Source: Anaerocolumna sp.
Lineage (GTDB): Bacteria; Bacillota; Clostridia; Lachnospirales; Lachnospiraceae
Length of the DNA stretch: 64,000 nucleotides
NCBI GenBank assembly: GCA_029239455.1
Contig: JAQZAX010000001.1
Location: forward strand, 3,539 to 67,538
Reading direction: 5' to 3'
Shown: one piece after another, positions 38,767-47,794 of the stretch
How positions within the stretch are numbered: the stretch's first letter is position 1
How the letters are laid out: each line of letters starts with the position of its first letter
Notes under the pieces: generated by a model
Seen by the model: only the letters and a program-made list of their open reading frames with translations
Told to the model about the DNA's origin: nothing
Databases searched by the model: none
Position numbers and translations under genes: made by a program

Positions 38767-40941
38767 CTATTTTCCCAACGACTGCAAAACCTCCATCCAC
38801 CTTCTACAAATTTTCTCTTCTGCCAATTCCTCATTTATTTTCATGGCGGTTTCTGCCATTCTATCTGCTTCCCACGGATGCTCAATCATATATTTCATTG
38901 CTGTATATAAACTTAGTGCATCTCCTACAGGAACCAATATTCCATTCTCATAGGATTTAATGTAGGTTCTTGCTCCTCCGCACGGACAGTCGGTAACTAC
39001 ACACGGCAATCCCATTCCCATAGCTTCTAACATAGAGTTAGACAAACCTTCATAGTCAGACGAAGAAACATACATGGTGCTATGACGAATTCTGTCGTGA
39101 ATATCAAAGGTAAATTCATAGAAATTAATTTTGTTACTCAGGTGGATGTCCTCCACATATTGAAGCAACCTTTCTTTCTCACTTCCATCCCCATAAATAG
39201 AAAGTACATATTCAGCATACTCCCGCTGCAGCAGATAGAAAGCATTGATCAGCATCTTTAGATTCTTCTGAGGCTCTAATCTGGCAAAAGTTACAATTTC
39301 TTTTTTCTTCTCTCCCGTATACCGTTCTGGTAATTCAGGATAAACCGGATTAGGAATTATTTCTGTCTTCTTTCGTATGTAAACAGGAAAATAATTTTTT
39401 CCGTCTGCCGTTTGGCATACAAGTACACTGGCAAGGCGGTATAATATATCCCGGGCTATTTTCATATGTTTTCTTCTATCTAACTGCTTTGGATCATTTC
39501 TCTCTGAAATAATTACTTTATTTTTCAAAAATAGAGCTGCAATCAGCGTCTGCATATTTACAAAATATTCAAAAGATATGATAGTTGCATCCGGGTGGTT
39601 CTTAAATAATTTGCGAAGCATATGGATACGCTTCCACTTTTTTATTCCGGAAAGAGTGCTGCTTGGATTTATTAAGATCTGTTTTATATTGTCTTCCATC
39701 TCGTAGGTGGCTTGATCGTCCAGAAAAGAACAGATTGTCACATCCATGGACTGCCTGGCGAAGTAGTTAGCAACCAGGCTTAGTACCCTGCCGGCACCTC
39801 CATTGCCAACAAAGTTGCTGATAAATATAATTTTCCTGCTTTGATTAATATTAGCAATCAACCTGTTATAGATTTGTTTCAGTTCTTTGGCATTTTCCTC
39901 GATATCATATCCGGCAGTCCTCATCTTATCTTTTATTTCTTCCCGAATCGTCATTCGGTCGGTAAGTTTCACTTGATTTATTTTCTCTGCCCAGTCCTTA
40001 GCCCCTGCTTCTAGCGGCATAAATTCTACTAAGTCAGTAACTTTTACATCTGGGGTTACCTTATCGGATACAATGGAGGGGAGCCCTGCCAGCTGCCATT
40101 CAATTACCACATTGGGCAGACCTTCGTGTCTTGAAGTTAATACCATAACATCCATAGCTTGCAATAAATTTGCTACCTCCAGAGTTTTGCCCGTTAATAT
40201 AACATTTTGCTCCATCCCCAGTAACTTGATTTTCTCTTTAATCTCGCCCCTTAATTCTCCGTCTCCTATTAAAAACAGAACGTGGTTAGGATCTAACTTA
40301 AGTAATTCATAGAAAACATCAAGTAAGAATTCATGGTTCTTTTGTCTGCAAAAAGATCCCACATGACCGATTACTTTTTTCCCTTCCAGATTATATTTCT
40401 GGCGGTATTCCTGCCTTACTTCTTCACAATAGGAAAACTTCTCTATGTCATTCCCATTAGGAATCACAGTAAACGGCTTCTTGCCAAACAACCACTTGCC
40501 TGCATCGGTACCACAGGCAAAGCCGTGGGTAAAGGTGCGGTAAAAAAATGGGCGTAACAGCCAGTGAAAGAATCTATGGTCACAAGATGTATTTCTGCTA
40601 TGGGCGATACGAATCTTTGCACCCCCTAATTTTGCAGCAAACATCTCCGTCTGTAAGGTACTACTATTACCATGGGCATGGACGATATCGTATTCACCTG
40701 CTTTGACAATTCGGCTTAAGATTTTAGCATAAGTGAAGGGATTAGAATTGCGCATGGGAAGCACATAAATTTTGCTTCCATTTGCGCGTATTTCTTTTTT
40801 AAGTCTTTTTACTAATTTATTTGGTGTAACAAAATCTATCTGCATATCAGATTTATCCATATGCCTATAATAATTCATTAAGCTATTGGTAATCCCGTCT
40901 AATTCAAAATAAGTTGTTGCAACGATTAATAGTTTTATCAT
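38767..40941 (-). CDS. Tandem double GT4 glycosyltransferase fusion
   Basis: Two GT-B modules: ...S.HEGLPNVVIEWQ (EpsF-like) and ...SSDYEGLSNSMLEAM; start refined to 40941 (ATGA overlap). Confidence 0.88.
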   Translation of the reverse strand: MIKLLIVATTYFELDGITNSLMNYYRHMDKSDMQIDFVTPNKLVKRLKKEIRANGSKIYVLPMRNSNPFTYAKILSRIVKAGEYDIVHAHGNSSTLQTEMFAAKLGGAKIRIAHSRNTSCDHRFFHWLLRPFFYRTFTHGFACGTDAGKWLFGKKPFTVIPNGNDIEKFSYCEEVRQEYRQKYNLEGKKVIGHVGSFCRQKNHEFLLDVFYELLKLDPNHVLFLIGDGELRGEIKEKIKLLGMEQNVILTGKTLEVANLLQAMDVMVLTSRHEGLPNVVIEWQLAGLPSIVSDKVTPDVKVTDLVEFMPLEAGAKDWAEKINQVKLTDRMTIREEIKDKMRTAGYDIEENAKELKQIYNRLIANINQSRKIIFISNFVGNGGAGRVLSLVANYFARQSMDVTICSFLDDQATYEMEDNIKQILINPSSTLSGIKKWKRIHMLRKLFKNHPDATIISFEYFVNMQTLIAALFLKNKVIISERNDPKQLDRRKHMKIARDILYRLASVLVCQTADGKNYFPVYIRKKTEIIPNPVYPELPERYTGEKKKEIVTFARLEPQKNLKMLINAFYLLQREYAEYVLSIYGDGSEKERLLQYVEDIHLSNKINFYEFTFDIHDRIRHSTMYVSSSDYEGLSNSMLEAMGMGLPCVVTDCPCGGARTYIKSYENGILVPVGDALSLYTAMKYMIEHPWEADRMAETAMKINEELAEEKICRRWMEVLQSLGK

Positions 40942-41825
40942 TTTTGCCCTCCGACAGATGGTAAACTTAACCAATTTCCAATCATTTTTTCCGTCTCAAT
41001 TGGAGATATGGTTACAAACCCTGCATCACTGGTAAAACTTAACTCACCAAAATATATTTTTGATTGCACAATATATAGATCCACTCTGACATGAGGAAAT
41101 CTCTTGGATAATTTTCTTGCATAATTTAACAGTTCTTCCAATTCTGCTGGTTTTTCAACTTCAATGCTGTTGTCTACCTCATTCATCTTAAAATTTTCAA
41201 GGCGATTCCAATTGGTGTCACACATAATACTTCTTTTATTGGTGAATCTATCAAAATAGACGTTAATGAGCTTTGGTTCTCCGTTAAAACAAAAAACTTT
41301 ATAGTCCTTAGGCGAACAACCTTTGCCATCATCTAAAAATTCTTCTACGATAATTCTTGGTCGTATAACATTATAAAACCACTCCCCATAACAAGGTAAA
41401 TATTTCTCCTTAAGCCACATTTTTAAAGTCTTAATTGTTTTCTTAATATCTATTTCCTGTTTGTTCTTGCAAATGATATTATTTCCACTCCCATGGGTAA
41501 CTTTGATTACAAACTTATCCGGTAAATCATCAAAGGGTATAGCATCTGGGTTATAGCCCTCCCAATATAATTTGGTCAGTATATTTTCACATCCACAGCG
41601 CTTCACAAATTGCCTGGCAGTGTACTTATCCGTACATAAGGGAAGCAGCTTATTCTTATAATTTAGTTTTATCCACTGTATCTTTTCTGTAAATGTCTTT
41701 GGATTTCTTAAATTAAGTTTTCGTCCGGTCTTTAATCTATATAATACTTTTATTGTTATTTCGGGGTTAAATCCATATAAAATATTTGCTGGCATGAGAA
41801 TAACATTCTTAATTCTTTTATTCAT
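40938..41825 (-). CDS. TupA-like ATP-grasp protein, copy 2
   Basis: NPKTFTEKIQWIKL, IKVTHGSG, DYKVFCFNG, RVDLY..YFGELSF. Confidence 0.85.
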   Translation of the reverse strand: MNKRIKNVILMPANILYGFNPEITIKVLYRLKTGRKLNLRNPKTFTEKIQWIKLNYKNKLLPLCTDKYTARQFVKRCGCENILTKLYWEGYNPDAIPFDDLPDKFVIKVTHGSGNNIICKNKQEIDIKKTIKTLKMWLKEKYLPCYGEWFYNVIRPRIIVEEFLDDGKGCSPKDYKVFCFNGEPKLINVYFDRFTNKRSIMCDTNWNRLENFKMNEVDNSIEVEKPAELEELLNYARKLSKRFPHVRVDLYIVQSKIYFGELSFTSDAGFVTISPIETEKMIGNWLSLPSVGGQK

Positions 41826-41835
41826 TTTAGTCTCC

Positions 41836-42321
41836 TTACAGGTTCTTTCTTATAAACTCATCAATAATTTTAAGAATATAAGATTCTTTTTCAAATTTTT
41901 TTATATTACACGGTTCCTTATCAAAAAAAGCAATTGCTTCTCTTAATTCCTCCATTTCCTGTATTCCATAGATAAATTTCTCTTTAGAAAATACATCTAC
42001 TATTTGCTTTTGATGGTCATCCACATGTTCCCCATATTTGCTTAATCGTGTTACAGCGATTACCTTTTTTCCCTTTTTTAACGCTCCTACAATGGAACCG
42101 GTACCGCCATGGGTAATAATCAGTCTGGATGTTTCTATATACCCATTAAACTCATCATTACTAATGTAATCCCTATATCTATAGTGCTTTGGCTGATAGC
42201 CAGAAGCCCCTATCTGTGCAAAAACTTCTTCCCGAATTGTGCCTTCTTCAATTAAATCATCCATCTTTTGAAATAACCGGTTAAATTGATATTCTCTGGA
42301 TCCCGCGCAAACAAAAATCAA
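41836..42321 (-). CDS. PssE/Cps14G (Alg13-like) glycosyltransferase subunit
   Basis: TTG start: MIFVCAGS..YQFNRL, ITHGGTG, GEHVDDHQ. Confidence 0.9.
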   Translation of the reverse strand: MIFVCAGSREYQFNRLFQKMDDLIEEGTIREEVFAQIGASGYQPKHYRYRDYISNDEFNGYIETSRLIITHGGTGSIVGALKKGKKVIAVTRLSKYGEHVDDHQKQIVDVFSKEKFIYGIQEMEELREAIAFFDKEPCNIKKFEKESYILKIIDEFIRKNL

Positions 42322-42779
42322 TAGATACTCCCCCCATAGATAGCTTTTGGATAAATCTCTAATAAAGTCTCCCACTGAACAAGAAATAGGTCCGAATGTT
42401 GATACATCATTTTTCCAGCCTTTGTTCCATCATAGATTCTAGAAAAGCTTTCTATAAAAATAAATTTTTTCCTATAAACAATACTCAGCAGATAGAAAGG
42501 ATATGCCACTAAAGTGCCTGTAGTTATTACAAAATCAGGACGTTCCTTGTGCCATATCATAATTGCTCTTATCATATTGCATAACATCTTGGGAACCATC
42601 CACACATCCTTTAGATCTGTCTGCAGCATAAGGTAATTTGCTTTGCTATTATACAAGGTCTTCTCAGAAACATAAAAGCCGTCATATTTATCAATTAAAG
42701 GCTGCAGTCTTATTAACTGTTCATAGTGGCCTCCGGAGGATGATACCAGACACAGTTTTGGCTTAGATTTAATTTTCAT
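42318..42779 (-). CDS. PssD/Cps14F (Alg14-like) glycosyltransferase subunit
   Basis: SSSGGH..QL, PDFVITTG, FIESF.R, FLVQW. Confidence 0.9.
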   Translation of the reverse strand: MKIKSKPKLCLVSSSGGHYEQLIRLQPLIDKYDGFYVSEKTLYNSKANYLMLQTDLKDVWMVPKMLCNMIRAIMIWHKERPDFVITTGTLVAYPFYLLSIVYRKKFIFIESFSRIYDGTKAGKMMYQHSDLFLVQWETLLEIYPKAIYGGSIY

Positions 42780-42961
42780 AATAATTCTCCCTAATTAAGA
42801 TTCCTATCAGCTTAAGTATCTAAGAATTTTTCATTAGTAATTTATTGTACATTTATATGATAACAAATTTTAAAATAGTAAATTATTATGGTTTCATTAT
42901 AAAGTGAGACTTAATGGTATTATATGTTGCATACCATAAATTGCTAACATAGAGTTTACAC

Positions 42962-43056
42962 AAGAAAGAGTTTGGCTTGCCAGACTCTAGCGCTGACGCG
43001 CTGTCACTTCAGTGACAAATTTCCTTGGCGCGTCATGCGCATCCTGCCTGGAGGGC
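42962..43056. repeat. ~80-95-bp GC-rich structured repeat, copy 1
   Basis: Near-identical to 63906..64000 (CCAGACTCTAGCGCTGACGCGCTGTCAC...GTGACAAATTTCCTT...CGTCATGCGCATCCTGCCTGGAGGGC). Confidence 0.92.
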
Positions 43057-43098
43057 ACTTTGATTAAAAGAGAAGTTTGGAAAACTTTCCTATTAATT

Positions 43099-43133
43099 AA
43101 AAAAATCCCTTACAATCCATAGACTGCAAGGGA
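43099..43133 (-). terminator. tex terminator
   Basis: TCCCTTGCAGTC-TATG-GATTGTAAGGGA then T7. Confidence 0.8.
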
Positions 43134-43190
43134 CAAATCACTTATTATTTACTCTTGTATTCAGTTTTAATAGAACACATTGGTCTATCA

Positions 43191-45335
43191 CTATAGTTTC
43201 ATTGTTAATTGAATTCTCTTCTTTGCCACATCAACGCTCATTACTTTTACGTCTACAACATCACCAACGCTGACTACATCTAATGGATGTTTTACAAACT
43301 TCTTATCTGTCAGCTGTGAGATGTGAACTAGTCCATCCTGGTGAACACCGATATCAACAAAGGCACCAAAATCAATAACATTACGAACAGTTCCTTTTAA
43401 TATCATGCCTTCGGTTAAATCCTTCATTTCTAAAACATCGGTTCTAAGAATCGGCTTTGGCATCTCTTCACGAGGGTCTCTTCCTGGCTTCTCTAATTCT
43501 TTTATGATATCAGTCAATGTAATCTCACCGATTCCCAAATCATTTGCCATAGATTTTTTATCTTTTACCTGCTTTGAAAGATTCTCTAAACCACCGGTTT
43601 TTATATCTGTCAGAGTAAAATTGAGCTTTTTCAGAAGGCTGGTTGCAGCTTCATAGGATTCCGGATGAACGCTGGTTGCATCAAGAGGATTCTTACCGTC
43701 TTGTATTCTCATAAAACCGGCGCACTGTTCAAATGCCTTAGGTCCTAATTTCGCCACTTTAAGCAGCTGGCTTCTATCTGTAAAACGTCCATTCTCTTCC
43801 CTGTAGGAAACAATATTCTTTGCAATTACCTTACTGATGCCAGAGATATATTCTAGCAGTGACGCCGATGCTGTATTTAAATCTACACCAACTTTATTAA
43901 CACAGTTTTCTACAACGCCGGTTAATGCTTCCGATAACTTCTTCTGGTTCATATCATGCTGATATTGACCTACACCGATGGATTTTGGATCTATTTTAAC
44001 TAACTCAGCAAGGGGATCTTGTAATCTTCTGGCGATGGAAGCGGCACTTCTCTGACCCACATCAAAGTTTGGAAATTCTTCTGTTGCCAGTTTACTTGCT
44101 GAATATACAGAGGCTCCTGCTTCATTTACAATAACATACTGAACATGGCTGTGCATTTCTTTTAGTAGTTCTGCCACAATTAGTTCAGATTCTCTTGATG
44201 CAGTTCCATTGCCAATGGAGATTACTGTTATTCCATATTTCTTTATTAATTCACTTACTTTTTTCTTGGCTTCCTCCACTTTGTTCTGTGGTGCAGTCGG
44301 GTAAATAACCGTAGTATCAAGCACTTTCCCAGTTCCGTCTACCACTGCAAGTTTACAACCGGTACGAAATGCCGGATCCCAACCAAGTACCACTTGTCCC
44401 ACAATTGGAGGCTGCATCAAAAGCTGTTCTAAGTTCTTACCAAATACCTTTATGGCCCCATCTTCTGCTTTCTCTGTAAGATCGCTTCTTATCTCTCTCT
44501 CAATGGCCGGTGCAATGAGACGCTTATAACTGTCTTCAATGGTCGATATTAATATATCATTGGTATAAGGATTGTCTCTTGTAATCGTCTTCGTACGCAG
44601 GTAGAGAAGAATCTTATCTTCCGGCGCTACTATTTTTACCGTCAGTATCTTCTCATTCTCACCACGATTGAGCGCTAACACTCTGTGTCCGGCCAGCTTA
44701 GGTAACTTCTCTTCAAAGCTATAGTACATCTCATAGACACTCTCTGCTTTCTCATCCTTACAGGCAGAAATAATGGTACCTTCGGAGGAAGTTACTTTTC
44801 TTATGTGAATTCTATAATCGGCTTCATCCGAAATGCTCTCAGCAATAATATCCATCGCCCCGGCAATGGCCTCTTCCACCGTTGTAACCTCTTTCTCCAC
44901 AGAGATAAAAGCTTCTGCCTCTTTTTCTATGGGCTGATTTGTCATCTGTAGCACTATAATATTAGCTAAAGGTTCTAATCCCTTTTCTTTTGCTATGGTC
45001 GCCCTGGTCCTTCTCTTAGGCCGATAAGGTCTGTATAAGTCATCCACAACTACTAGTGTTGTAGCTGCTAGTATCTGCGCTTTTAAATCCTCGGTAAGTT
45101 TTCCCTGTTCTTCTATACTGGATAATACACTGGCTTTTTTGTCTTCCAAATTGCGAAGATAAAGAAGCCTTTCATGTAAATTTCTTAATACTTCATCATT
45201 TAATGAACCCGTTACCTCTTTACGGTATCTAGCAATAAACGGTATTGTATTTCCTTCATCAATTAATTTTACGGTAGCTTCCACTTGCTCTAATTTAATT
45301 CCAAGCTCGTCCCGTAGTTGCTTTAATATATCCAT
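43191..45335 (-). CDS. tex: Tex family transcription accessory protein (S1 domain)
   Basis: GNTIPFIARYRKE, DPAFRTGCK, IGNGTASRE, C-terminal S1; start refined to 45335. Confidence 0.95.
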   Translation of the reverse strand: MDILKQLRDELGIKLEQVEATVKLIDEGNTIPFIARYRKEVTGSLNDEVLRNLHERLLYLRNLEDKKASVLSSIEEQGKLTEDLKAQILAATTLVVVDDLYRPYRPKRRTRATIAKEKGLEPLANIIVLQMTNQPIEKEAEAFISVEKEVTTVEEAIAGAMDIIAESISDEADYRIHIRKVTSSEGTIISACKDEKAESVYEMYYSFEEKLPKLAGHRVLALNRGENEKILTVKIVAPEDKILLYLRTKTITRDNPYTNDILISTIEDSYKRLIAPAIEREIRSDLTEKAEDGAIKVFGKNLEQLLMQPPIVGQVVLGWDPAFRTGCKLAVVDGTGKVLDTTVIYPTAPQNKVEEAKKKVSELIKKYGITVISIGNGTASRESELIVAELLKEMHSHVQYVIVNEAGASVYSASKLATEEFPNFDVGQRSAASIARRLQDPLAELVKIDPKSIGVGQYQHDMNQKKLSEALTGVVENCVNKVGVDLNTASASLLEYISGISKVIAKNIVSYREENGRFTDRSQLLKVAKLGPKAFEQCAGFMRIQDGKNPLDATSVHPESYEAATSLLKKLNFTLTDIKTGGLENLSKQVKDKKSMANDLGIGEITLTDIIKELEKPGRDPREEMPKPILRTDVLEMKDLTEGMILKGTVRNVIDFGAFVDIGVHQDGLVHISQLTDKKFVKHPLDVVSVGDVVDVKVMSVDVAKKRIQLTMKL

Positions 45336-45413
45336 TATGGTGCTCCTTTGTCGCATATAATTTAACATACATTCTCTTCCATAATACCATTGCATACGGG
45401 TAAAATCAAGACC

Positions 45414-45487
45414 GGTGTCAGGCACCATGAACAAAAAATGAACAAATCTTCCGATTTGTTCATTTTTTGTTCATGGTGCCTGACACC
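45414..45487. repeat. 74-bp perfect palindrome (35-bp stem, TTCC loop), REPIN-like, copy 1
   Basis: GGTGTCAGGCACCATGAACAAAAAATGAACAAATC-TTCC-exact reverse complement; identical to 54688..54761. Confidence 0.97.
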
Positions 45488-45489
45488 TT

Positions 45490-46368
45490 TTATTTTTTTG
45501 TATCTAAGAAAAATTCATATGCTTCTTTATCTGTTGCATTTTTATGTACAATCATATTTACTGCCTGAGCCATAGCTACAGGATCAAGGCTCTGGAAGAT
45601 ATTGCGTCCCATATCAATGCCTGCAGCTCCTTCTGATATAGCATGATAACACATTGCTAGTGCTTCATTTTCCGGTAATTTTTTACCTCCTGCCACTACA
45701 ATCGGAACAGGACAAGCAGCAGTGATTTCTTCAAAGTCCTCGCAATAATATGTCTTAACAATGTGTGCTCCTAATTCAGGTAATATACGAGTTGCTAACT
45801 TGAAAAATCTACTCGTTCTTTCCATTTGTTTCCCTACTGCAACAACACCCATAGTTGGTATTCCATATTGAATACCTGCATCTACAGTCTTACAAAGATT
45901 ATCTAAACTGTCTTTCTCACCATCTGCGCCTATGAAGGTTTGAACAGCCATACAAGCTGCATTCATTCGGACAGCATCTTCAATGCTAACTCCAATAACT
46001 TCATGACTTAAATCATCATCTAATATAGAAGAACCACAGCTTACGCGCAAAGCAACTGCCTTACCTGAGCTTGCAGATATACATGTACGTAGTGCACCGC
46101 GTGTTCCCATTAGTACGTCGATATGATCCATAACCGGAGGAATTACAATATCTAATCTTTCTAATCCAGCTGTAGATCCCATAAAATATCCATGATCAAA
46201 TGCAAGCATAACGGTACGTCCGCTTTCTGGTTTGAAAATACTTGCCAATCGAGTTTTCATACCCCAATCTACATCTGCCATTCCTTTTACATAAAATCCA
46301 CCTTGTTTTGCAAATGATGTACCAACATGGTAATCCTTTGCAACTTTCAATCCGTCTAAATCTGCCAT
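45490..46368 (-). CDS. lsrF: LsrF thiolase (3-hydroxy-5-phosphonooxypentane-2,4-dione thiolase)
   Basis: MADLD..K, DWGMK.RL, MLAFDHGYF.G...GLER, VKTYY, AGGKKLPE, DMGRNIFQ. Confidence 0.92.
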   Translation of the reverse strand: MADLDGLKVAKDYHVGTSFAKQGGFYVKGMADVDWGMKTRLASIFKPESGRTVMLAFDHGYFMGSTAGLERLDIVIPPVMDHIDVLMGTRGALRTCISASSGKAVALRVSCGSSILDDDLSHEVIGVSIEDAVRMNAACMAVQTFIGADGEKDSLDNLCKTVDAGIQYGIPTMGVVAVGKQMERTSRFFKLATRILPELGAHIVKTYYCEDFEEITAACPVPIVVAGGKKLPENEALAMCYHAISEGAAGIDMGRNIFQSLDPVAMAQAVNMIVHKNATDKEAYEFFLDTKK

Positions 46369-46503
46369 TTTATTTTCCTCCTTTTGCAACTATCTTTATT
46401 AGCATAGGAGTCACACTTTTATAAAGTGAGACCCCTATATTTATATAACTAAAGCCATAAACATATTATCCGATAATTAGTAATCGCTAAATGTATCTAT
46501 CAC

Positions 46504-46583
46504 TTTACTTATAATACCTCAGTTTACTTTAATACCTCGTTATGCTTTAATACCTTCGTTTACTTAAATACCTCAGTTTACTT
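46504..46583. repeat. Degenerate 17-19-bp tandem repeat (~4.3 copies)
   Basis: Units resembling TTTACTTWAATACCTCAG immediately 3' of lsrB. Confidence 0.8.
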
Positions 46584-47718
46584 AGAAATCATAATTATCC
46601 ATGTTATTAATATCAAATACAGTTCTTTCTGGAAGTAATACAACACCAGAATCTTCAGCTGTATAAGCGTATTCATTTAATATTGTATTAGGCATAACTT
46701 CTACTGTTCCAATTTCAGGGATTTCAATTTTATCACCAACTTTAAATGTATTTCCTGCTGCTAACCAATAAGCAAGGTAAGTTCCCATAGCTCCCTGAAT
46801 TTTACAATCCCATAGTCCCCATCTCTCAATAATACCAGCGCGGCAATAATCTTTCATTGAGTTTGGAGCTGCAAACCCTGTAATAACAACATCTTCGGAT
46901 GTTAAGCCAAGATTTTGAGCAGCTTGTGCCTGACCTGGTAGTGCTGTAGAGTCATTGCAGATAATAGCTGTAATATCTGGATGTGCTGTTAAAATTGATT
47001 CACCAACTGAAATTGCTTTTTCTGCATCTTGTTCACTATAATAATTGTCTGGAGCAACATTCGTCCAGTTAGGATATTTTTTAGCAATATATGCTTCACC
47101 AGCTACTTGCCAGGAGTTCTGATCAGCCACTGTTGCTTGTGAATAGTGCCATGCATAGGTTACATCATCCGCTAAAGGATCTTCCATTCCCTCTGCTGCC
47201 ATATCAACTAACATTTGACCAAGCTGTTCAGGTGTACCCTGAGAAACCATTAAGGAACGTGCATCATTTGATACATCAGAATCCCAAGTTACAACAGCAA
47301 GACCAGCTTCCATCGCCTTTTTCATAGCTGCATCAAGACCAGTTGCATCTACAGATGAAACACAGATTCCATCAGCGCCTTGAGAGATTGCATTGTTAAT
47401 AATTGCTACTTGGTTTGCTACAGCAGCTTCTGGATTACCATCATATTTAACAGTATATCCGCCAACTTTAGCTGCATATTCCTGAGCACCAGTATTTGCT
47501 GATTCAAAGAATGCATTACCTGATAATTTAGGAACAAAAGTAATTGAAATATCATCTCCTGAAGTTTCTCCACTCGTTGAAGCTTCCGTTTGTGCTTCTG
47601 TTGCAGCGGCTGTTGTTTCATTGCTAGCACCAGTTTGAGTGTCTTTTTTAGCACACCCACTAATTAATGTTACCATCATTGCTACACATAACATAATACT
47701 TACTGCTTTCTTTTTCAT
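46582..47718 (-). CDS. lsrB: AI-2 ABC transporter substrate-binding lipoprotein
   Basis: Lipobox ISGC, FVPKLSGNAFF, WDSD, TVADQNSW, GLWD, VLLPERTVF; lsr context. Confidence 0.88.
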   Translation of the reverse strand: MKKKAVSIMLCVAMMVTLISGCAKKDTQTGASNETTAAATEAQTEASTSGETSGDDISITFVPKLSGNAFFESANTGAQEYAAKVGGYTVKYDGNPEAAVANQVAIINNAISQGADGICVSSVDATGLDAAMKKAMEAGLAVVTWDSDVSNDARSLMVSQGTPEQLGQMLVDMAAEGMEDPLADDVTYAWHYSQATVADQNSWQVAGEAYIAKKYPNWTNVAPDNYYSEQDAEKAISVGESILTAHPDITAIICNDSTALPGQAQAAQNLGLTSEDVVITGFAAPNSMKDYCRAGIIERWGLWDCKIQGAMGTYLAYWLAAGNTFKVGDKIEIPEIGTVEVMPNTILNEYAYTAEDSGVVLLPERTVFDINNMDNYDF

Positions 47719-47794
47719 ACCAATTCCTCCTCAATACATTATTTTTTCATCTATTATTATAAAAAATATAATAATCAATAATAATTTACTTTAG

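Noticed and set aside
45390-45575. Two short ORFs sharing MNKSSDLFIFCSWCLTP (also 54712..54894), resembling a duplicated peptide gene
   Set aside because: Shared sequence is simply the translated 74-bp palindrome; both run antisense into real genes
46504-46583. Possible CRISPR array (also considered for 26041..26160 and the 74-bp palindromes)
   Set aside because: No unique spacers between repeats, units too short or only single copies, no cas genes
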